A program made the translations under genes and the position numbers. A stretch of 64,000 nt of DNA, taken from assembly GCF_965641715.1 (NCBI RefSeq), contig NZ_OZ282453.1; one strand, given 5' to 3'. This stretch comes from Escherichia coli. Its GTDB lineage: Bacteria > Pseudomonadota > Gammaproteobacteria > Enterobacterales > Enterobacteriaceae. The notes beneath the pieces were generated by a model. The model searched no databases. It was given only the letters and a program-made list of their open reading frames with translations, and was not told the origin of the DNA. Shown piece by piece: positions 1 to 11,949 of this stretch; position 1 is the stretch's first letter, and each line of letters starts with the position of its first letter.

Positions 1-2
1 AC

Positions 3-179
3 ATGTTATCACCGATTATTGAAAAATTGCAGAAGATGGAAATTAACTGCAAAATACATCCTTACATTTACATTGCAACAAATGATAGCATGAGCGGATT
101 TTATGCTTTCACCTGTAGTCAGATGTTAAACTCTGAATCACCAAATAATTGCAACTCTCTCTATTATAAAGCGGAGTAA
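3..179 (+). CDS. C-terminal end of an unidentified ORF entering from the left window edge (...NSLYYKAE*)
   Basis: Frame 3 is open from the window edge to TAA at 177-179. GGAG at 173-176 serves the next ATG at 184, suggesting an operon. Confidence 0.3.
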   Translation: MLSPIIEKLQKMEINCKIHPYIYIATNDSMSGFYAFTCSQMLNSESPNNCNSLYYKAE

Positions 180-183
180 TCAT

Positions 184-675
184 ATGACTCAAAGATATTT
201 TCTGTTTGCGGGAATAATTTTATGTGCTTTTATTGCAGCAATTCTGAGCCATATTGCGTTTCATCATGCCAATGAACCAGCAGAGCAAAACATATCATGT
301 AATGCCCATGTTATTAATTTCACCGATCATACAAAAATGGATCAATATTTTTCGTTAAATATGATTTCTGAAAATAACACAGGAAACATGTATCTCACGG
401 GCGCATACACGGTAGATGGAAAAAAGATGGGCTTCATCCGCCGATATGTGAGTTTTACATACAAGAAATTCCGTGATACCGTTTACTTCACCACTGTTAA
501 AATACAAAAAATACAAAAAGATGATAACATTAGTGATGAAATCCTTGAAAATATCACTTCTGATTTTTTCATAAAAGTAGACACCTCAATTAATTTTTAT
601 GTTACACGTCAAAATGATTACAACTACGTATTCTCTACAGGCAGGACACCACGCTTCATATGTATTTCCCACTAA
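184..675 (+). CDS. hypothetical protein, 163 aa, with one N-terminal TM helix
   Basis: ORF track. SD GGAG lies 7 nt upstream. Hydrophobic segment YFLFAGIILCAFIAAILSHIAF. AT-rich accessory-like DNA. No family recognised with certainty. Confidence 0.5.
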   Translation: MTQRYFLFAGIILCAFIAAILSHIAFHHANEPAEQNISCNAHVINFTDHTKMDQYFSLNMISENNTGNMYLTGAYTVDGKKMGFIRRYVSFTYKKFRDTVYFTTVKIQKIQKDDNISDEILENITSDFFIKVDTSINFYVTRQNDYNYVFSTGRTPRFICISH

Positions 676-776
676 CAGCATTGTTGCTCCTGGCGTTTGT
701 CACCAGTTAATAACCTTCTGATGGCTTTGTTTATATTTTAAGGCAATAAAAAACCATTCCAATATTGGTTAATTAT

Positions 777-2291
777 TTATCTGTTTACATACCATTGATA
801 AAACTCTGTCGCTTTCATTGGTTTTGCATATAAGTATCCCTGAACTAATGTCACGTTATTATGAATAAGATATTCCGCCTGGTGAGAGGTACTGACACCT
901 TCTGCAATCGTTATCAAATTGAGTCGATTACTCAGCTTAATAATAATATCTAAAACAGGCGTTTCGTCTTCCGCTGTAGTGAGCGTGTCTATAAAGCTTT
1001 TATCTATTTTAAGATAATCAACAGACAACTTTTGCAGAAGGCCAAGGGAACAATATCCCGTGCCAAAATCATCAACTGCAAATTCACAGCCATGGATCCT
1101 TAATTCATTTATTTTCTGTAATGCAAGATCAGTATCTTCAACCAGATTGCGTTCGGTAATCTCAAGAACAATGTTAAATTTATCAGATATTGCATTTTTA
1201 ATATGTAAAACATCAGCAACAAAATCAGGATGTGCAAGATGCTCCGCGGCAATATTTATCCCAAGGTGAAACGGCTTTTTCACTTTCCAGCTTTGTACAT
1301 CCTGAATAATCAGTTCAAAGAGATGCTTAGTTAACGGTATAATTAAATTTTCCTCTTCTGCAGCGCGGATAAAAACTACCGGAGATATATTTTTACCATC
1401 TTCGCGTTGCCAACGCATTAACGCCTCAACCCCCAGACACGCTTTGGTTGTCGTGTCACATACTGGTTGATAATGCACAGAAAATTCTCCGGATGACATT
1501 CCTTTCTTAATTTCTTCTGCCAGGGACATTTTCCGAGATATCCAGCGCTGCCATAAGAAGTACAGGATAAAAGAAAGAAGAATAGATAATGGAAGAATGT
1601 AAAATACATTACTAATGACATAGGGATATAATGAAATCATCGGCGTAGTAACTGTAAGACTAGCCTGACTGATCGCAGAATTAAAATCTTTTTTTAACAT
1701 ATATAACTTGTCATTATTATTTACACCACTAATAATTGCAGGCCCTTCAGTAAAGCTAAGAGAAAATGAATCATCATTCTCATCATCAAGAACATCCATC
1801 AGATCATAGATATATCGTGACTCTACAATACTAAAAGCTGTCATATCATTCCCTATTGGCATAAGGAACACTATGGCTGTTTTACCTGGTACAAAACTTG
1901 TACCGCTAATTGATACTATGCGTGATTCTTTATTTTTATTGTGAAAGCTCGTACCGTAAACATCGTTAACATTCATTTTTTTGAAACCGCTAACTGAAGA
2001 ACATATTTGGAAATTATTTTCTATAAGACCCGTTGTTCGAACATAGGGGGTCAATGCTCCGTTAGCAATCAATTGTTCCAGGATATCTTTGCAGGGTTTC
2101 ATCACCAGAATAGAAGTAAGCTTTGTCGTATGTTTGACAATTTGCGTAACATTATCAAGCTGTTTTAACAGAATACCGGCGGTAATTGTCGTATCTCTAT
2201 TCATTTGAAATATTGACATAGCAAACGATAGTAACACCCCCAGAATGCCTGGTATTATAATGAGTACAAACATTTTTTTGTTGAATACCAT
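777..2291 (-). CDS. pdeT: c-di-GMP phosphodiesterase, CSS-motif sensor domain + EAL domain (PdeT/VmpA-like)
   Basis: EAL signatures EALMRW, EITER, DDFGTGY, KIDKSF. N-terminal TM, a CSS tripeptide (QICSSVSG) and a second TM. Start trimmed to MVFNKKMFVL. Sits beside dgcT, where non-K-12 E. coli carry pdeT (from memory). Confidence 0.8.
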   Translation of the reverse strand: MVFNKKMFVLIIIPGILGVLLSFAMSIFQMNRDTTITAGILLKQLDNVTQIVKHTTKLTSILVMKPCKDILEQLIANGALTPYVRTTGLIENNFQICSSVSGFKKMNVNDVYGTSFHNKNKESRIVSISGTSFVPGKTAIVFLMPIGNDMTAFSIVESRYIYDLMDVLDDENDDSFSLSFTEGPAIISGVNNNDKLYMLKKDFNSAISQASLTVTTPMISLYPYVISNVFYILPLSILLSFILYFLWQRWISRKMSLAEEIKKGMSSGEFSVHYQPVCDTTTKACLGVEALMRWQREDGKNISPVVFIRAAEEENLIIPLTKHLFELIIQDVQSWKVKKPFHLGINIAAEHLAHPDFVADVLHIKNAISDKFNIVLEITERNLVEDTDLALQKINELRIHGCEFAVDDFGTGYCSLGLLQKLSVDYLKIDKSFIDTLTTAEDETPVLDIIIKLSNRLNLITIAEGVSTSHQAEYLIHNNVTLVQGYLYAKPMKATEFYQWYVNR

Positions 2292-2484
2292 ACATGTTTC
2301 CCCACGCATCAGGGTGATGCAACCTAAGAAATTATAGTACAATTGCCAGTAAAAGCGGGTGATAGCAGACTGATCAATGATAAGCATTTAAGATCATATA
2401 GTACTATGATATTTCTGAAAATTGTTACGCATGTCTGCGAATAGCTATTTAGCGCTTACCAAAATCACCCGCTAAAATGCCGCT

Positions 2485-3843
2485 TTATGGTGACTCACAA
2501 AAATTCACCACATCCCTCACAACCACCTTATTACGCCCGGTCTCTTTCGCCTCGTATAGTGCGTTATCAGCCAGTCGATAGATCTCATTCGGGTTTAACG
2601 CATTTTCCTGAGTCACAACAGCGCCAATACTAATCGTCACTTTTTGTGGTATGGCGTATTCAGGATTATCACCAGTTAAACGCTCAACATTTTCCCGAAT
2701 CCTTTCCGCTAAAGCTTTCGCACGTTCAGTATCGATGTCCGTCAGCAAGACGCCAAACTCTTCGCCGCCGACGCGCGCAAAAAGGTCATCTGGCCGTATG
2801 CTTTTCCCAATGATATTCACCACTGTTTTTATCACCTGATCGCCAATCGGATGCCCCCAGGTGTCGTTGACTTTTTTGAAGTGGTCGATATCCATAATCA
2901 TGACGCAATAAGGCGTTTTTTTGGCCGATGCTGATTGAACCGTCAGTTCATTAAAAAAATAATTTCTGTTAAATATATTGGTTAAGGGATCGCGATGTGC
3001 AATGTCCTTTGTTACTCGTAGCGCACTGAATATATGGCACATAAATATTACCATAACGGTTAACTTACTGACTACTTCAATAGTGCGACTAATATACCAA
3101 ATGGACACGCTATACCTGCTCATAAATAAAAGAGAGACATTGTACAGTACGGCACAAAAAGCAATCACTGTCACTCCATTCCAGATATCATAGCGTAAAC
3201 CATTAAAGTATAGATTAACCGAAAGCAAGGTTAACCACATGAAAATCATTATGGTAACATATGAAGCTTTCCAAACCACTTGACCATTTTCATTGGTTAA
3301 CTCGGCAATGTGTAAATCGTAGCTCTCATAATGGCTAGAAAGTATGTGAGCAACTATCGGCCCCCCAAGAACAAAAAACAAACTTATGCACAAAGTCATT
3401 TTTTTGGAAAATAAATTGCGCTGTTTTGTGTTTTCACTAACTTTATTCACCAATGCCAGAAATATTAATATGCACAAACTCATCTGACGAAACAAATAAT
3501 AAATTGCAATGTCATTTTGAACAACACTGCTTGTCAAACGCCCCTCAATCATTTGCTGAATGATAATGACGGTTTTAACAAAGTAAATCAAACAACTCAG
3601 AAAAGCCAAACTAAGTATACAGTTTGAAAATTGCCTACGGTCATAAATGAAATACAACTGCATAAAAATAAATGCAACAGTATCGATAAAAAATAAAGCA
3701 ATCATTACCATCAGATAGGTTGATCGTGGAACAACTTCCTCAACGCCTGGCTGATTAAACCAACTATTCACCAAAACCAAAGCAAGCCCAAACAATAAGC
3801 TCACTAAGACAGTACTACTAATTCTCAAATAGTCTTTTTCCAT
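2485..3843 (-). CDS. dgcT: diguanylate cyclase DgcT (YcdT), multi-TM + GGDEF
   Basis: Translation matches remembered YcdT from MEKDYLRISS. GGEEF active site (RVGGEEFGVLL). Divergent from pgaA. 452 aa from the trimmed start. Confidence 0.92.
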   Translation of the reverse strand: MEKDYLRISSTVLVSLLFGLALVLVNSWFNQPGVEEVVPRSTYLMVMIALFFIDTVAFIFMQLYFIYDRRQFSNCILSLAFLSCLIYFVKTVIIIQQMIEGRLTSSVVQNDIAIYYLFRQMSLCILIFLALVNKVSENTKQRNLFSKKMTLCISLFFVLGGPIVAHILSSHYESYDLHIAELTNENGQVVWKASYVTIMIFMWLTLLSVNLYFNGLRYDIWNGVTVIAFCAVLYNVSLLFMSRYSVSIWYISRTIEVVSKLTVMVIFMCHIFSALRVTKDIAHRDPLTNIFNRNYFFNELTVQSASAKKTPYCVMIMDIDHFKKVNDTWGHPIGDQVIKTVVNIIGKSIRPDDLFARVGGEEFGVLLTDIDTERAKALAERIRENVERLTGDNPEYAIPQKVTISIGAVVTQENALNPNEIYRLADNALYEAKETGRNKVVVRDVVNFCESP

Positions 3844-4189
3844 AAAGCTACACCAACCTGTAGGTTGTAGATCCCTTTCTATTATTAATAGATATAAGAA
3901 CTCTACAGTTGTCAATATGAAAACCCACTCACAAACAATACCGATGATGATAGTTGCAGACCGCAATTATTATTACCTTAGTGCTTTATACATTCTTTGC
4001 GACAAGACAGGCTTGTAAATATTTATAAATGGTTATAAGGAAATCCTTATAAAACATTCATTCATAGATATATTAGGAATAACAATTGAATCCGTGAGTA
4101 CAGTAACGCTGCATTTCATCAGGACTTTCGAAAAATCCGAAATCATGCATCGGAATTTACTGATTTAATTATTTTACTCCTAATTTATT

Positions 4190-4431
4190 TTGAAAAAGGC
4201 ATTGGGATTTATGCCGTATTCCTGAAGATCCTCATCATTGGAATGGATTTTCGGGCGAGAAAAGGATTTTATATGGACACTCTGCTCATCATTTCTTCTT
4301 CTCATCATCAACAATTCACGTCTCTCTTCCGCGTTTAATAACGGATTATGAGGTGCAAAAAATATCTTTCTTTTCAGTTACCTGTCATTAGATACAGAGA
4401 GAGATTTTGGCAATACATGGAGTAATACAGG
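4190..4431 (+). promoter_or_regulatory. pgaA 5' leader with GGA (CsrA-type) motifs, including over the SD and start codon
   Basis: Seen: cattGGAatGGAtttt, aaaaGGAtttt and acatGGAgtaatacaGGATG. CsrA repression of the pgaA leader is established in K-12. Confidence 0.5.
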
Positions 4432-6855
4432 ATGTATTCAAGTAGCAGAAAAAGGTGCCCGCAAACCAAATGGGCTTTGAAAATTCTTACTGCCGCATTT
4501 TTAGCAGCGAGTCCCGCGGCGAAGAGTGCCGTTAATAACGCCTATGATGCATTGATTATTGAAGCTCGCAAGGGAAATACTCAGCCAGCTTTGTTATGGT
4601 TTGCACAAAAATCAGCACTCAGTAATAACCAAATTGCTGACTGGTTACAGATTGCCTTATGGGCCGGGCAAGATAAACAGGTTATTACCGTTTACAACCG
4701 CTATCATTATCAGCAATTACCAGCGCGTGGTTATGCAGCTGTCGCCGTCGCTTATCGTAACCTGCAACAATGGCAAAACTCGCTTACACTGTGGCAAAAG
4801 GCGCTCTCTCTGGAGCCGCAAAATAAGGATTATCAACGGGGACAAATTTTAACCCTGGCAGATGCGGGTCACTATGATACTGCGCTGGTTAAACTTAAGC
4901 AGCTTAACTCTGGAGCACCGGACAAAGCCAATTTACTCGCAGAAGCCTATATCTATAAACTGGCAGGGCGTCATCAGGATGAATTACGGGCGATGACAGA
5001 GTCATTACCTGAAAATGCATCTACGCAACAATATCCCACAGAATACGTGCAGGCATTACGTAATAATCAACTTGCTGCCGCGATTGACGATGCCAATTTA
5101 ACGCCAGATATTCGCGCTGATATTCATGCCGAACTGGTCAGACTGTCGTTTATGCCTACGCGCAGTGAAAGTGAACGTTATGCCATTGCCGATCGCGCCC
5201 TCGCCCAATACGCTGCATTAGAAATTCTGTGGCATGATAACCCTGACCGCACTGCCCAGTACCAGCGTATTCAGGTTGATCATCTTGGCGCGTTATTAAC
5301 TCGCGATCGTTATAAAGACGTTATTTCTCACTATCAGCGTTTAAAAAAGACGGGGCAAATTATTCCGCCCTGGGCGCAATATTGGGTTGCGTCGGCTTAT
5401 CTCAAAGAACATCAGCCAAAAAAAGCACAGTCAATAATGACAGAGCTCTTTTATCACAAGGAGACCATTGCCCCGGATTTATCCGATGAAGAACTTGCGG
5501 ATCTCTTTTACAGCCACCTGGAGAGTGAAAATTATCCGGGCGCGCTAACTGTCACCCAACATACCATTAATACTTCGCCGCCTTTCCTTCGGTTAATGGG
5601 CACGCCTACGAGCATCCCGAATGATACCTGGTTACAGGGGCATTCGTTTCTCTCAACCGTAGCAAAATATAGTAATGATCTTCCTCAGGCTGAAATGACA
5701 GCCAGAGAGCTTGCTTATAACGCACCAGGAAATCAGGGACTGCGCATTGATTATGCGAGTGTGTTACAAGCCCGCGGTTGGCCTCGTGCAGCAGAAAATG
5801 AATTAAAAAAAGCAGAAGTGATCGAGCCACGTAATATTAATCTGGAGGTTGAACAAGCCTGGACAGCATTAACGTTACAAGAATGGCAGCAGGCAGCGGT
5901 CTTAACGCACGATGTTGTCGAACGTGAACCGCAAGATCCCGGCGTTGTACGATTAAAACGTGCGGTTGATGTACATAATCTTGCAGAGCTTCGTATCGCT
6001 GGCTCAACAGGAATTGATGCCGAAGGTCCGGATAGTGGCAAACATGATGTCGACTTAACCACCATCGTTTATTCACCACCGCTGAAGGATAACTGGCGCG
6101 GTTTTGCTGGATTCGGTTATGCCGATGGACAATTTAGCGAAGGAAAAGGGATTGTTCGCGACTGGCTTGCGGGTGTTGAGTGGCGGTCACGTAATATCTG
6201 GCTCGAGGCGGAGTACGCTGAACGCTTTTTCAATCATGAGCATAAACCCGGCGCGCGCCTGTCTGGCTGGTATGATTTTAATGATAACTGGCGTATTGGT
6301 TCGCAACTGGAACGCCTCTCTCACCGCGTTCCATTACGGGCAATGAAAAATGGTGTTACAGGCAACAGTGCACAGGCTTATGTTCGTTGGTATCAGAATG
6401 AGCGGCGTAAGTACGGTGTCTCCTGGGCTTTCACTGATTTTTCCGACAGTAACCAGCGTCATGAAGTCTCACTTGAGGGTCAGGAACGCATCTGGTCTTC
6501 ACCATATTTGATTGTCGATTTCCTCCCCAATCTGTATTACGAACAAAATACAGAACACGACACCCCATACTACAACCCTATAAAAACGTTCGATATTGTT
6601 CCGGCATTTGAGGCAAGCCATTTGTTATGGCGAAGCTATGAAAATAGCTGGGAGCAAATCTTCAGCGCAGGTGTTGGTGCCTCCTGGCAAAAACATTATG
6701 GCACGGATGTCGTCACCCAACTCGGCTACGGGCAACGCATTAGCTGGAATGACGTGATTGATGCTGGCGCAACGCTACGCTGGGAAAAACGACCTTATGA
6801 CGGTGACAGAGAACACAACTTATACGTTGAAATCGATATGACATTCAGATTTTAA
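4432..6855 (+). CDS. pgaA: PGA (poly-beta-1,6-GlcNAc) outer-membrane export porin
   Basis: 807 aa with TPR-like N-terminus and beta-barrel C-terminus. Matches PgaA length and sequence from memory. First gene of the pgaABCD order. Confidence 0.95.
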   Translation: MYSSSRKRCPQTKWALKILTAAFLAASPAAKSAVNNAYDALIIEARKGNTQPALLWFAQKSALSNNQIADWLQIALWAGQDKQVITVYNRYHYQQLPARGYAAVAVAYRNLQQWQNSLTLWQKALSLEPQNKDYQRGQILTLADAGHYDTALVKLKQLNSGAPDKANLLAEAYIYKLAGRHQDELRAMTESLPENASTQQYPTEYVQALRNNQLAAAIDDANLTPDIRADIHAELVRLSFMPTRSESERYAIADRALAQYAALEILWHDNPDRTAQYQRIQVDHLGALLTRDRYKDVISHYQRLKKTGQIIPPWAQYWVASAYLKEHQPKKAQSIMTELFYHKETIAPDLSDEELADLFYSHLESENYPGALTVTQHTINTSPPFLRLMGTPTSIPNDTWLQGHSFLSTVAKYSNDLPQAEMTARELAYNAPGNQGLRIDYASVLQARGWPRAAENELKKAEVIEPRNINLEVEQAWTALTLQEWQQAAVLTHDVVEREPQDPGVVRLKRAVDVHNLAELRIAGSTGIDAEGPDSGKHDVDLTTIVYSPPLKDNWRGFAGFGYADGQFSEGKGIVRDWLAGVEWRSRNIWLEAEYAERFFNHEHKPGARLSGWYDFNDNWRIGSQLERLSHRVPLRAMKNGVTGNSAQAYVRWYQNERRKYGVSWAFTDFSDSNQRHEVSLEGQERIWSSPYLIVDFLPNLYYEQNTEHDTPYYNPIKTFDIVPAFEASHLLWRSYENSWEQIFSAGVGASWQKHYGTDVVTQLGYGQRISWNDVIDAGATLRWEKRPYDGDREHNLYVEIDMTFRF

Positions 6856-6863
6856 GGATAAAT

Positions 6864-8882
6864 ATGTTACGTAATGGAAATAAATATCTCCTGATGCTGG
6901 TGAGTATAATTATGCTCACCGCGTGCATTAGCCAGTCAAGAACATCATTTATACCGCCACAGGATCGCGAATCTTTACTCGCCGAGCAACCGTGGCCGCA
7001 TAATGGTTTTGTAGCGATTTCATGGCATAACGTTGAAGACGAAGCTGCCGACCAGCGTTTTATGTCAGTGCGGACATCAGCACTGCGTGAACAATTTGCC
7101 TGGCTGCGCGAGAACGGTTATCAACCGGTCAGTATTGCTCAAATTCGTGAAGCACATCGAGGAGGAAAACCGCTACCGGAAAAAGCTGTAGTGCTGACTT
7201 TTGATGACGGCTACCAGAGTTTTTATACCCGCGTCTTCCCAATTCTTCAGGCCTTCCAGTGGCCTGCTGTATGGGCCCCCGTCGGCAGTTGGGTCGATAC
7301 GCCAGCGGATAAACAAGTAAAATTTGGCGATGAGATGGTCGATCGAGAATATTTTGCCACGTGGCAACAAGTGCGAGAAGTTGCGCGTTCCCGGCTCGTT
7401 GAGGTCGCTTCTCATACATGGAATTCTCACTACGGTATTCAGGCTAATGCCACCGGCAGCTTATTGCCTGTATATGTAAATCGTGCATATTTTACTGACC
7501 ACGCACGGTATGAAACCGCAGCAGAATACCGGGAAAGAATTCGTCTGGATGCTGTAAAAATGACGGAATACCTGCGTACAAAGGTTGAGGTAAATCCACA
7601 CGTTTTTGTTTGGCCTTATGGCGAAGCGAATGGCATAGCGATAGAGGAATTAAAAAAACTCGGTTATGACATGTTCTTCACCCTTGAATCAGGTTTGGCA
7701 AATGCGTCGCAATTGGATTCCATTCCGCGAGTATTAATCGCCAATAATCCCTCATTAAAAGAGTTTGCCCAGCAAATTATTACCGTACAAGAAAAATCAC
7801 CACAACGGATAATGCATATCGATCTTGATTACGTTTATGACGAAAACCTCCAGCAAATGGATCGCAATATTGATGTGCTAATTCAGCGGGTGAAAGATAT
7901 GCAAATATCAACCGTGTATTTGCAGGCATTTGCTGATCCCGATGGTGATGGGCTGGTCAAAGAGGTCTGGTTTCCAAATCGTTTGCTACCAATGAAAGCA
8001 GATATTTTTAGTCGGGTTGCCTGGCAATTACGTACCCGCTCAGGTGTAAACATCTATGCGTGGATGCCGGTATTAAGCTGGGATTTAGATCTCACATTAA
8101 CGCGAGTAAAATACTTACCAACAGGAGAGAAAAAAGCACAAATTCATCCTGAACAATATCGCCGTCTCTCTCCTTTCGATGACAGGGTCAGAGCACAAGT
8201 TGGCATGTTATATGAAGATCTTGCCGGACATGCTGCTTTTGATGGCCTATTGTTCCACGATGATGCTTTGCTTTCAGATTATGAAGATGCCAGTGCACCG
8301 GCTATCGCGGCTTATCAGCAAGCAGGCTTTAGCGGGAGTCTGAGCGAAATTCGACAAAACCCGGAGCAATTTAAACAGTGGACCCGCTTTAAAAGTCGTG
8401 CGTTAACTGACTTCACTTTAGAACTTAGTGCGCGCGTAAAAGCCATTCGTGGTCCACATGTTAAAACTGCACGAAATATTTTTGTACTTCCGGTAACACA
8501 ACCTGAAAGTGAAGCCTGGTTTGCACAGAATTATGCTGATTTCCTAAAAAGCTATGACTGGACTGCTATTATGGCTATGCCTTATATGGAAGGTGTCGCA
8601 GAAAAATCGGCTGATCAATGGTTAATACAACTGATCAATCAGATTAAAAGCATCCCTCAGGCTAAAGACAAATCTATTTTAGAATTACAGGCACAAAACT
8701 GGCAGAAAAATGGTCAGCATCAGGCTATTTCTTCGCAACAACTCGCTCACTGGATGAGCCTATTACAACTGAATGGAGTGAAAAACTATGGTTATTATCC
8801 CGACAATTTTCTGCATAACCAACCTGAAATAGACGTTATTCGTCCTGAGTTTTCAACAGCCTGGTATCCGAAAAATGATTAA
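6864..8882 (+). CDS. pgaB: PGA N-deacetylase lipoprotein
   Basis: 672 aa. Lipobox LTAC. Polysaccharide deacetylase motif LTFDDGY. Synteny. Confidence 0.95.
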   Translation: MLRNGNKYLLMLVSIIMLTACISQSRTSFIPPQDRESLLAEQPWPHNGFVAISWHNVEDEAADQRFMSVRTSALREQFAWLRENGYQPVSIAQIREAHRGGKPLPEKAVVLTFDDGYQSFYTRVFPILQAFQWPAVWAPVGSWVDTPADKQVKFGDEMVDREYFATWQQVREVARSRLVEVASHTWNSHYGIQANATGSLLPVYVNRAYFTDHARYETAAEYRERIRLDAVKMTEYLRTKVEVNPHVFVWPYGEANGIAIEELKKLGYDMFFTLESGLANASQLDSIPRVLIANNPSLKEFAQQIITVQEKSPQRIMHIDLDYVYDENLQQMDRNIDVLIQRVKDMQISTVYLQAFADPDGDGLVKEVWFPNRLLPMKADIFSRVAWQLRTRSGVNIYAWMPVLSWDLDLTLTRVKYLPTGEKKAQIHPEQYRRLSPFDDRVRAQVGMLYEDLAGHAAFDGLLFHDDALLSDYEDASAPAIAAYQQAGFSGSLSEIRQNPEQFKQWTRFKSRALTDFTLELSARVKAIRGPHVKTARNIFVLPVTQPESEAWFAQNYADFLKSYDWTAIMAMPYMEGVAEKSADQWLIQLINQIKSIPQAKDKSILELQAQNWQKNGQHQAISSQQLAHWMSLLQLNGVKNYGYYPDNFLHNQPEIDVIRPEFSTAWYPKND

Positions 8883-10200
8883 TCGCATCGTATCGTTTTT
8901 TATATTATGTCTGGTGTTATGCATACCCCTATGCGTAGCGTACTTTCACTCTGGTGAACTGATGATGAGGTTCGTTTTCTTCTGGCCGTTTTTTATGTCC
9001 ATTATGTGGATTGTTGGCGGCGTCTATTTCTGGGTCTATCGTGAACGCCACTGGCCGTGGGGAGAAAACGCACCAGCTCCCCAGTTGAAAGATAATCCGT
9101 CTATCTCCATTATCATTCCCTGTTTTAATGAGGAGAAAAACGTTGAGGAAACCATACACGCCGCTTTAGCACAGCGTTATGAGAACATTGAAGTTATTGC
9201 CGTAAATGACGGTTCAACAGATAAAACCCGTGCCATCCTGGATCGCATGGCTGCACAAATTCCCCATTTGCGGGTCATTCATCTGGCGCAAAACCAGGGG
9301 AAAGCCATTGCGCTTAAAACCGGAGCTGCCGCGGCGAAAAGTGAATATCTGGTGTGCATTGATGGCGACGCGTTATTAGACCGCGATGCGGCGGCATATA
9401 TTGTGGAACCGATGTTGTACAACCCGCGTGTGGGTGCTGTAACCGGTAATCCTCGTATTCGTACACGTTCTACCCTCGTGGGTAAAATTCAGGTTGGCGA
9501 GTATTCCTCAATTATTGGTTTGATCAAGCGAACCCAGCGTATCTATGGAAACGTATTTACCGTTTCCGGTGTTATTGCCGCATTTCGTCGCAGCGCCCTG
9601 GCAGAAGTGGGTTACTGGAGTGACGATATGATCACCGAAGATATTGATATTAGCTGGAAGCTGCAGTTAAATCAGTGGACGATTTTTTACGAGCCTCGGG
9701 CGCTGTGCTGGATATTAATGCCTGAAACGTTAAAAGGGCTGTGGAAACAGCGCCTGCGCTGGGCTCAGGGCGGTGCAGAAGTATTCCTCAAAAATATGAC
9801 AAGGCTATGGCGCAAAGAAAACTTTCGAATGTGGCCACTGTTTTTTGAATACTGTCTGACGACAATATGGGCCTTTACCTGCCTGGTCGGTTTCATTATT
9901 TACGTAGTCCAACTTGCCGGTGTACCGTTAAATATTGAATTGACACATATCGCTGCGACACATACTGCCGGAATATTATTGTGTACGTTATGTTTACTGC
10001 AATTTATTGTCAGCCTGATGATCGAGAATCGCTATGAGCATAATCTGACTTCATCGCTTTTCTGGATTATTTGGTTCCCGGTTATTTTCTGGATGCTGAG
10101 CCTGGCAACGACATTGGTATCATTTACACGAGTCATGTTGATGCCTAAAAAGCAACGCGCCCGTTGGGTAAGTCCCGATCGCGGGATTCTGAGAGGTTAA
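8875..10200 (+). CDS. pgaC: PGA synthase, family-2 glycosyltransferase
   Basis: 441 aa with GT2 motifs ([20 protein letters not shown]). Overlaps the pgaB stop. Confidence 0.95.
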
Positions 10201-10201
10201 T

Positions 10202-10615
10202 ATGAACAATTTAATTATTACGACCCGACAATCGCCAGTACGTTTACTGGTTGATTATGTTGCCACAACCATCTTGTGGACATTATTTGCTTTGTTCATA
10301 TTCTTATTCGCCATGGATCTGCTGACGGGTTATTACTGGCAAAGCGAGGCCAGAAGCCGACTTCAGTTCTATTTTTTGCTGGCAGTGGCGAATGCCGTCG
10401 TGTTAATTGTCTGGGCGCTGTACAATAAGCTGCGTTTTCAAAAACAGCAGCATCATGCAGCCTACCAATATACGCCGCAAGAATATGCAGAGAGCTTAGC
10501 AATACCTGATGAGCTCTATCAGCAACTACAAAAAAGCCACAGGATGAGCGTACACTTCACCAGCCAGGGGCAAATAAAAATGGTGGTTTCAGAAAAAGCG
10601 CTAGTCCGGGCGTAA
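10202..10615 (+). CDS. pgaD: PGA synthase auxiliary subunit
   Basis: 137 aa with two TM helices. Immediately follows pgaC. Confidence 0.93.
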
Positions 10616-10628
10616 ACACCCAAAACAA

Positions 10629-10647
10629 AGCCCGGTTCGCCCGGGCT
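10629..10647. terminator. GC-rich hairpin between convergent pgaD and phoH
   Basis: AGCCCGG-ttcgc-CCGGGCT stem-loop. The T-run is on the minus-strand side (ctttgtttt), so it fits phoH best. Confidence 0.5.
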
Positions 10648-10664
10648 CTGCGCTTATAACACAC

Positions 10665-11729
10665 TTAACTGTAGGCATGTAGCGTACGTTGGCAAAGTGC
10701 CGAACGTACGCAATCCTCTTTACCGAACCGGACGATCCCGACCATTTCATCTTCTTCGAAACGTTCCAGCGCGTCACTTAATCCGGAGCACACGCCGCGA
10801 GGCAAATCGCATTGCGTGATATCACCGTTGACGATAACCGTCACGTTCTCCCCGAGGCGGGTTAAAAACATTTTCATTTGCGCGGCAGTCACATTCTGCG
10901 CCTCGTCAAGAATGACGACTGCATTTTCAAAGGTACGTCCACGCATATAGGCGAACGGCGCAATTTCCACCTTCCCTATTTCCGGTCGCAGGCAGTACTG
11001 CATAAAGGAAGCCCCTAAGCGCCGGACCAGCACGTCGTAGACCGGGCGAAAATAGGGAGCAAACTTTTCTGCGATATCTCCAGGTAAGAAGCCAAGATCT
11101 TCATCGGCTTGCAGAACTGGACGGGTGACGATAATCCTGTCGACATCCTTATGTATCAGGGCCTCTGCCGCTTTTGCTGCACTGATCCAGGTTTTTCCGC
11201 ACCCGGCTTCGCCCGTGGCGAATATCAGCTGCTTACTCTCAATAGCCTTCAGATAGTGCAATTGCGCTTCATTTCGCGCGAGGATGGGCGAAGTATCGCG
11301 ACTGTCGCGGGCCATACCAATGGCTTCTACGCCGCTCATCTGCACAAGCGAGGTGACCGATTCTTCTTCACGCTGCTTATGGCTGCGCGAATCCCGTCTC
11401 AGCACACGTTTTGCCTCGCGACGAGCTTTGATCACTGCTTTTTGTCTTCCCATGGAGAGCACCTTGAGTTGTTTGTATTCATCACACGCGCCGTTGGCAG
11501 CGCGATTATGCGCACGAACATCAGAGGGTTGGCTTCCTTGTAAGCCATAGTTTGCTTTTGGATAAAATGCCGAAAAACGGCTACGCGCACCGTTTACGGC
11601 GTCGGTAACACATGAAAAGAAAGGATGAGGTTGAAAATGCAAAGTGACGAGATGACTACCGGAGGAGAAAACTCCGCGAGTGGTGGCGCGTTGATTATCT
11701 AAAACATGTCCAGTACAGGACGTTACCAT
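10665..11729 (-). CDS. phoH: PhoH, ATP-binding Pho-regulon protein
   Basis: 354 aa. Walker A GEAGCGKT. Matches remembered PhoH. Confidence 0.95.
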   Translation of the reverse strand: MVTSCTGHVLDNQRATTRGVFSSGSHLVTLHFQPHPFFSCVTDAVNGARSRFSAFYPKANYGLQGSQPSDVRAHNRAANGACDEYKQLKVLSMGRQKAVIKARREAKRVLRRDSRSHKQREEESVTSLVQMSGVEAIGMARDSRDTSPILARNEAQLHYLKAIESKQLIFATGEAGCGKTWISAAKAAEALIHKDVDRIIVTRPVLQADEDLGFLPGDIAEKFAPYFRPVYDVLVRRLGASFMQYCLRPEIGKVEIAPFAYMRGRTFENAVVILDEAQNVTAAQMKMFLTRLGENVTVIVNGDITQCDLPRGVCSGLSDALERFEEDEMVGIVRFGKEDCVRSALCQRTLHAYS

Positions 11730-11949
11730 CCGCGATCTCCATAGTGACTGACTATCACTGCCGGGAACTTCCGCTGCTACTTAATAAGTACAACAGATCT
11801 CGCATTCATTGCAACAATATATTCACTTATATTTAACTATAAAACTCCATTTTAGTGACATTAGTTTCTACTGGAAAGATGACAGAGTGATGACAGAGAT
11901 GAAAAAAGCTGTGTGCTTTCAGCAGGATTCACATCAGGCATCAGTGCAC

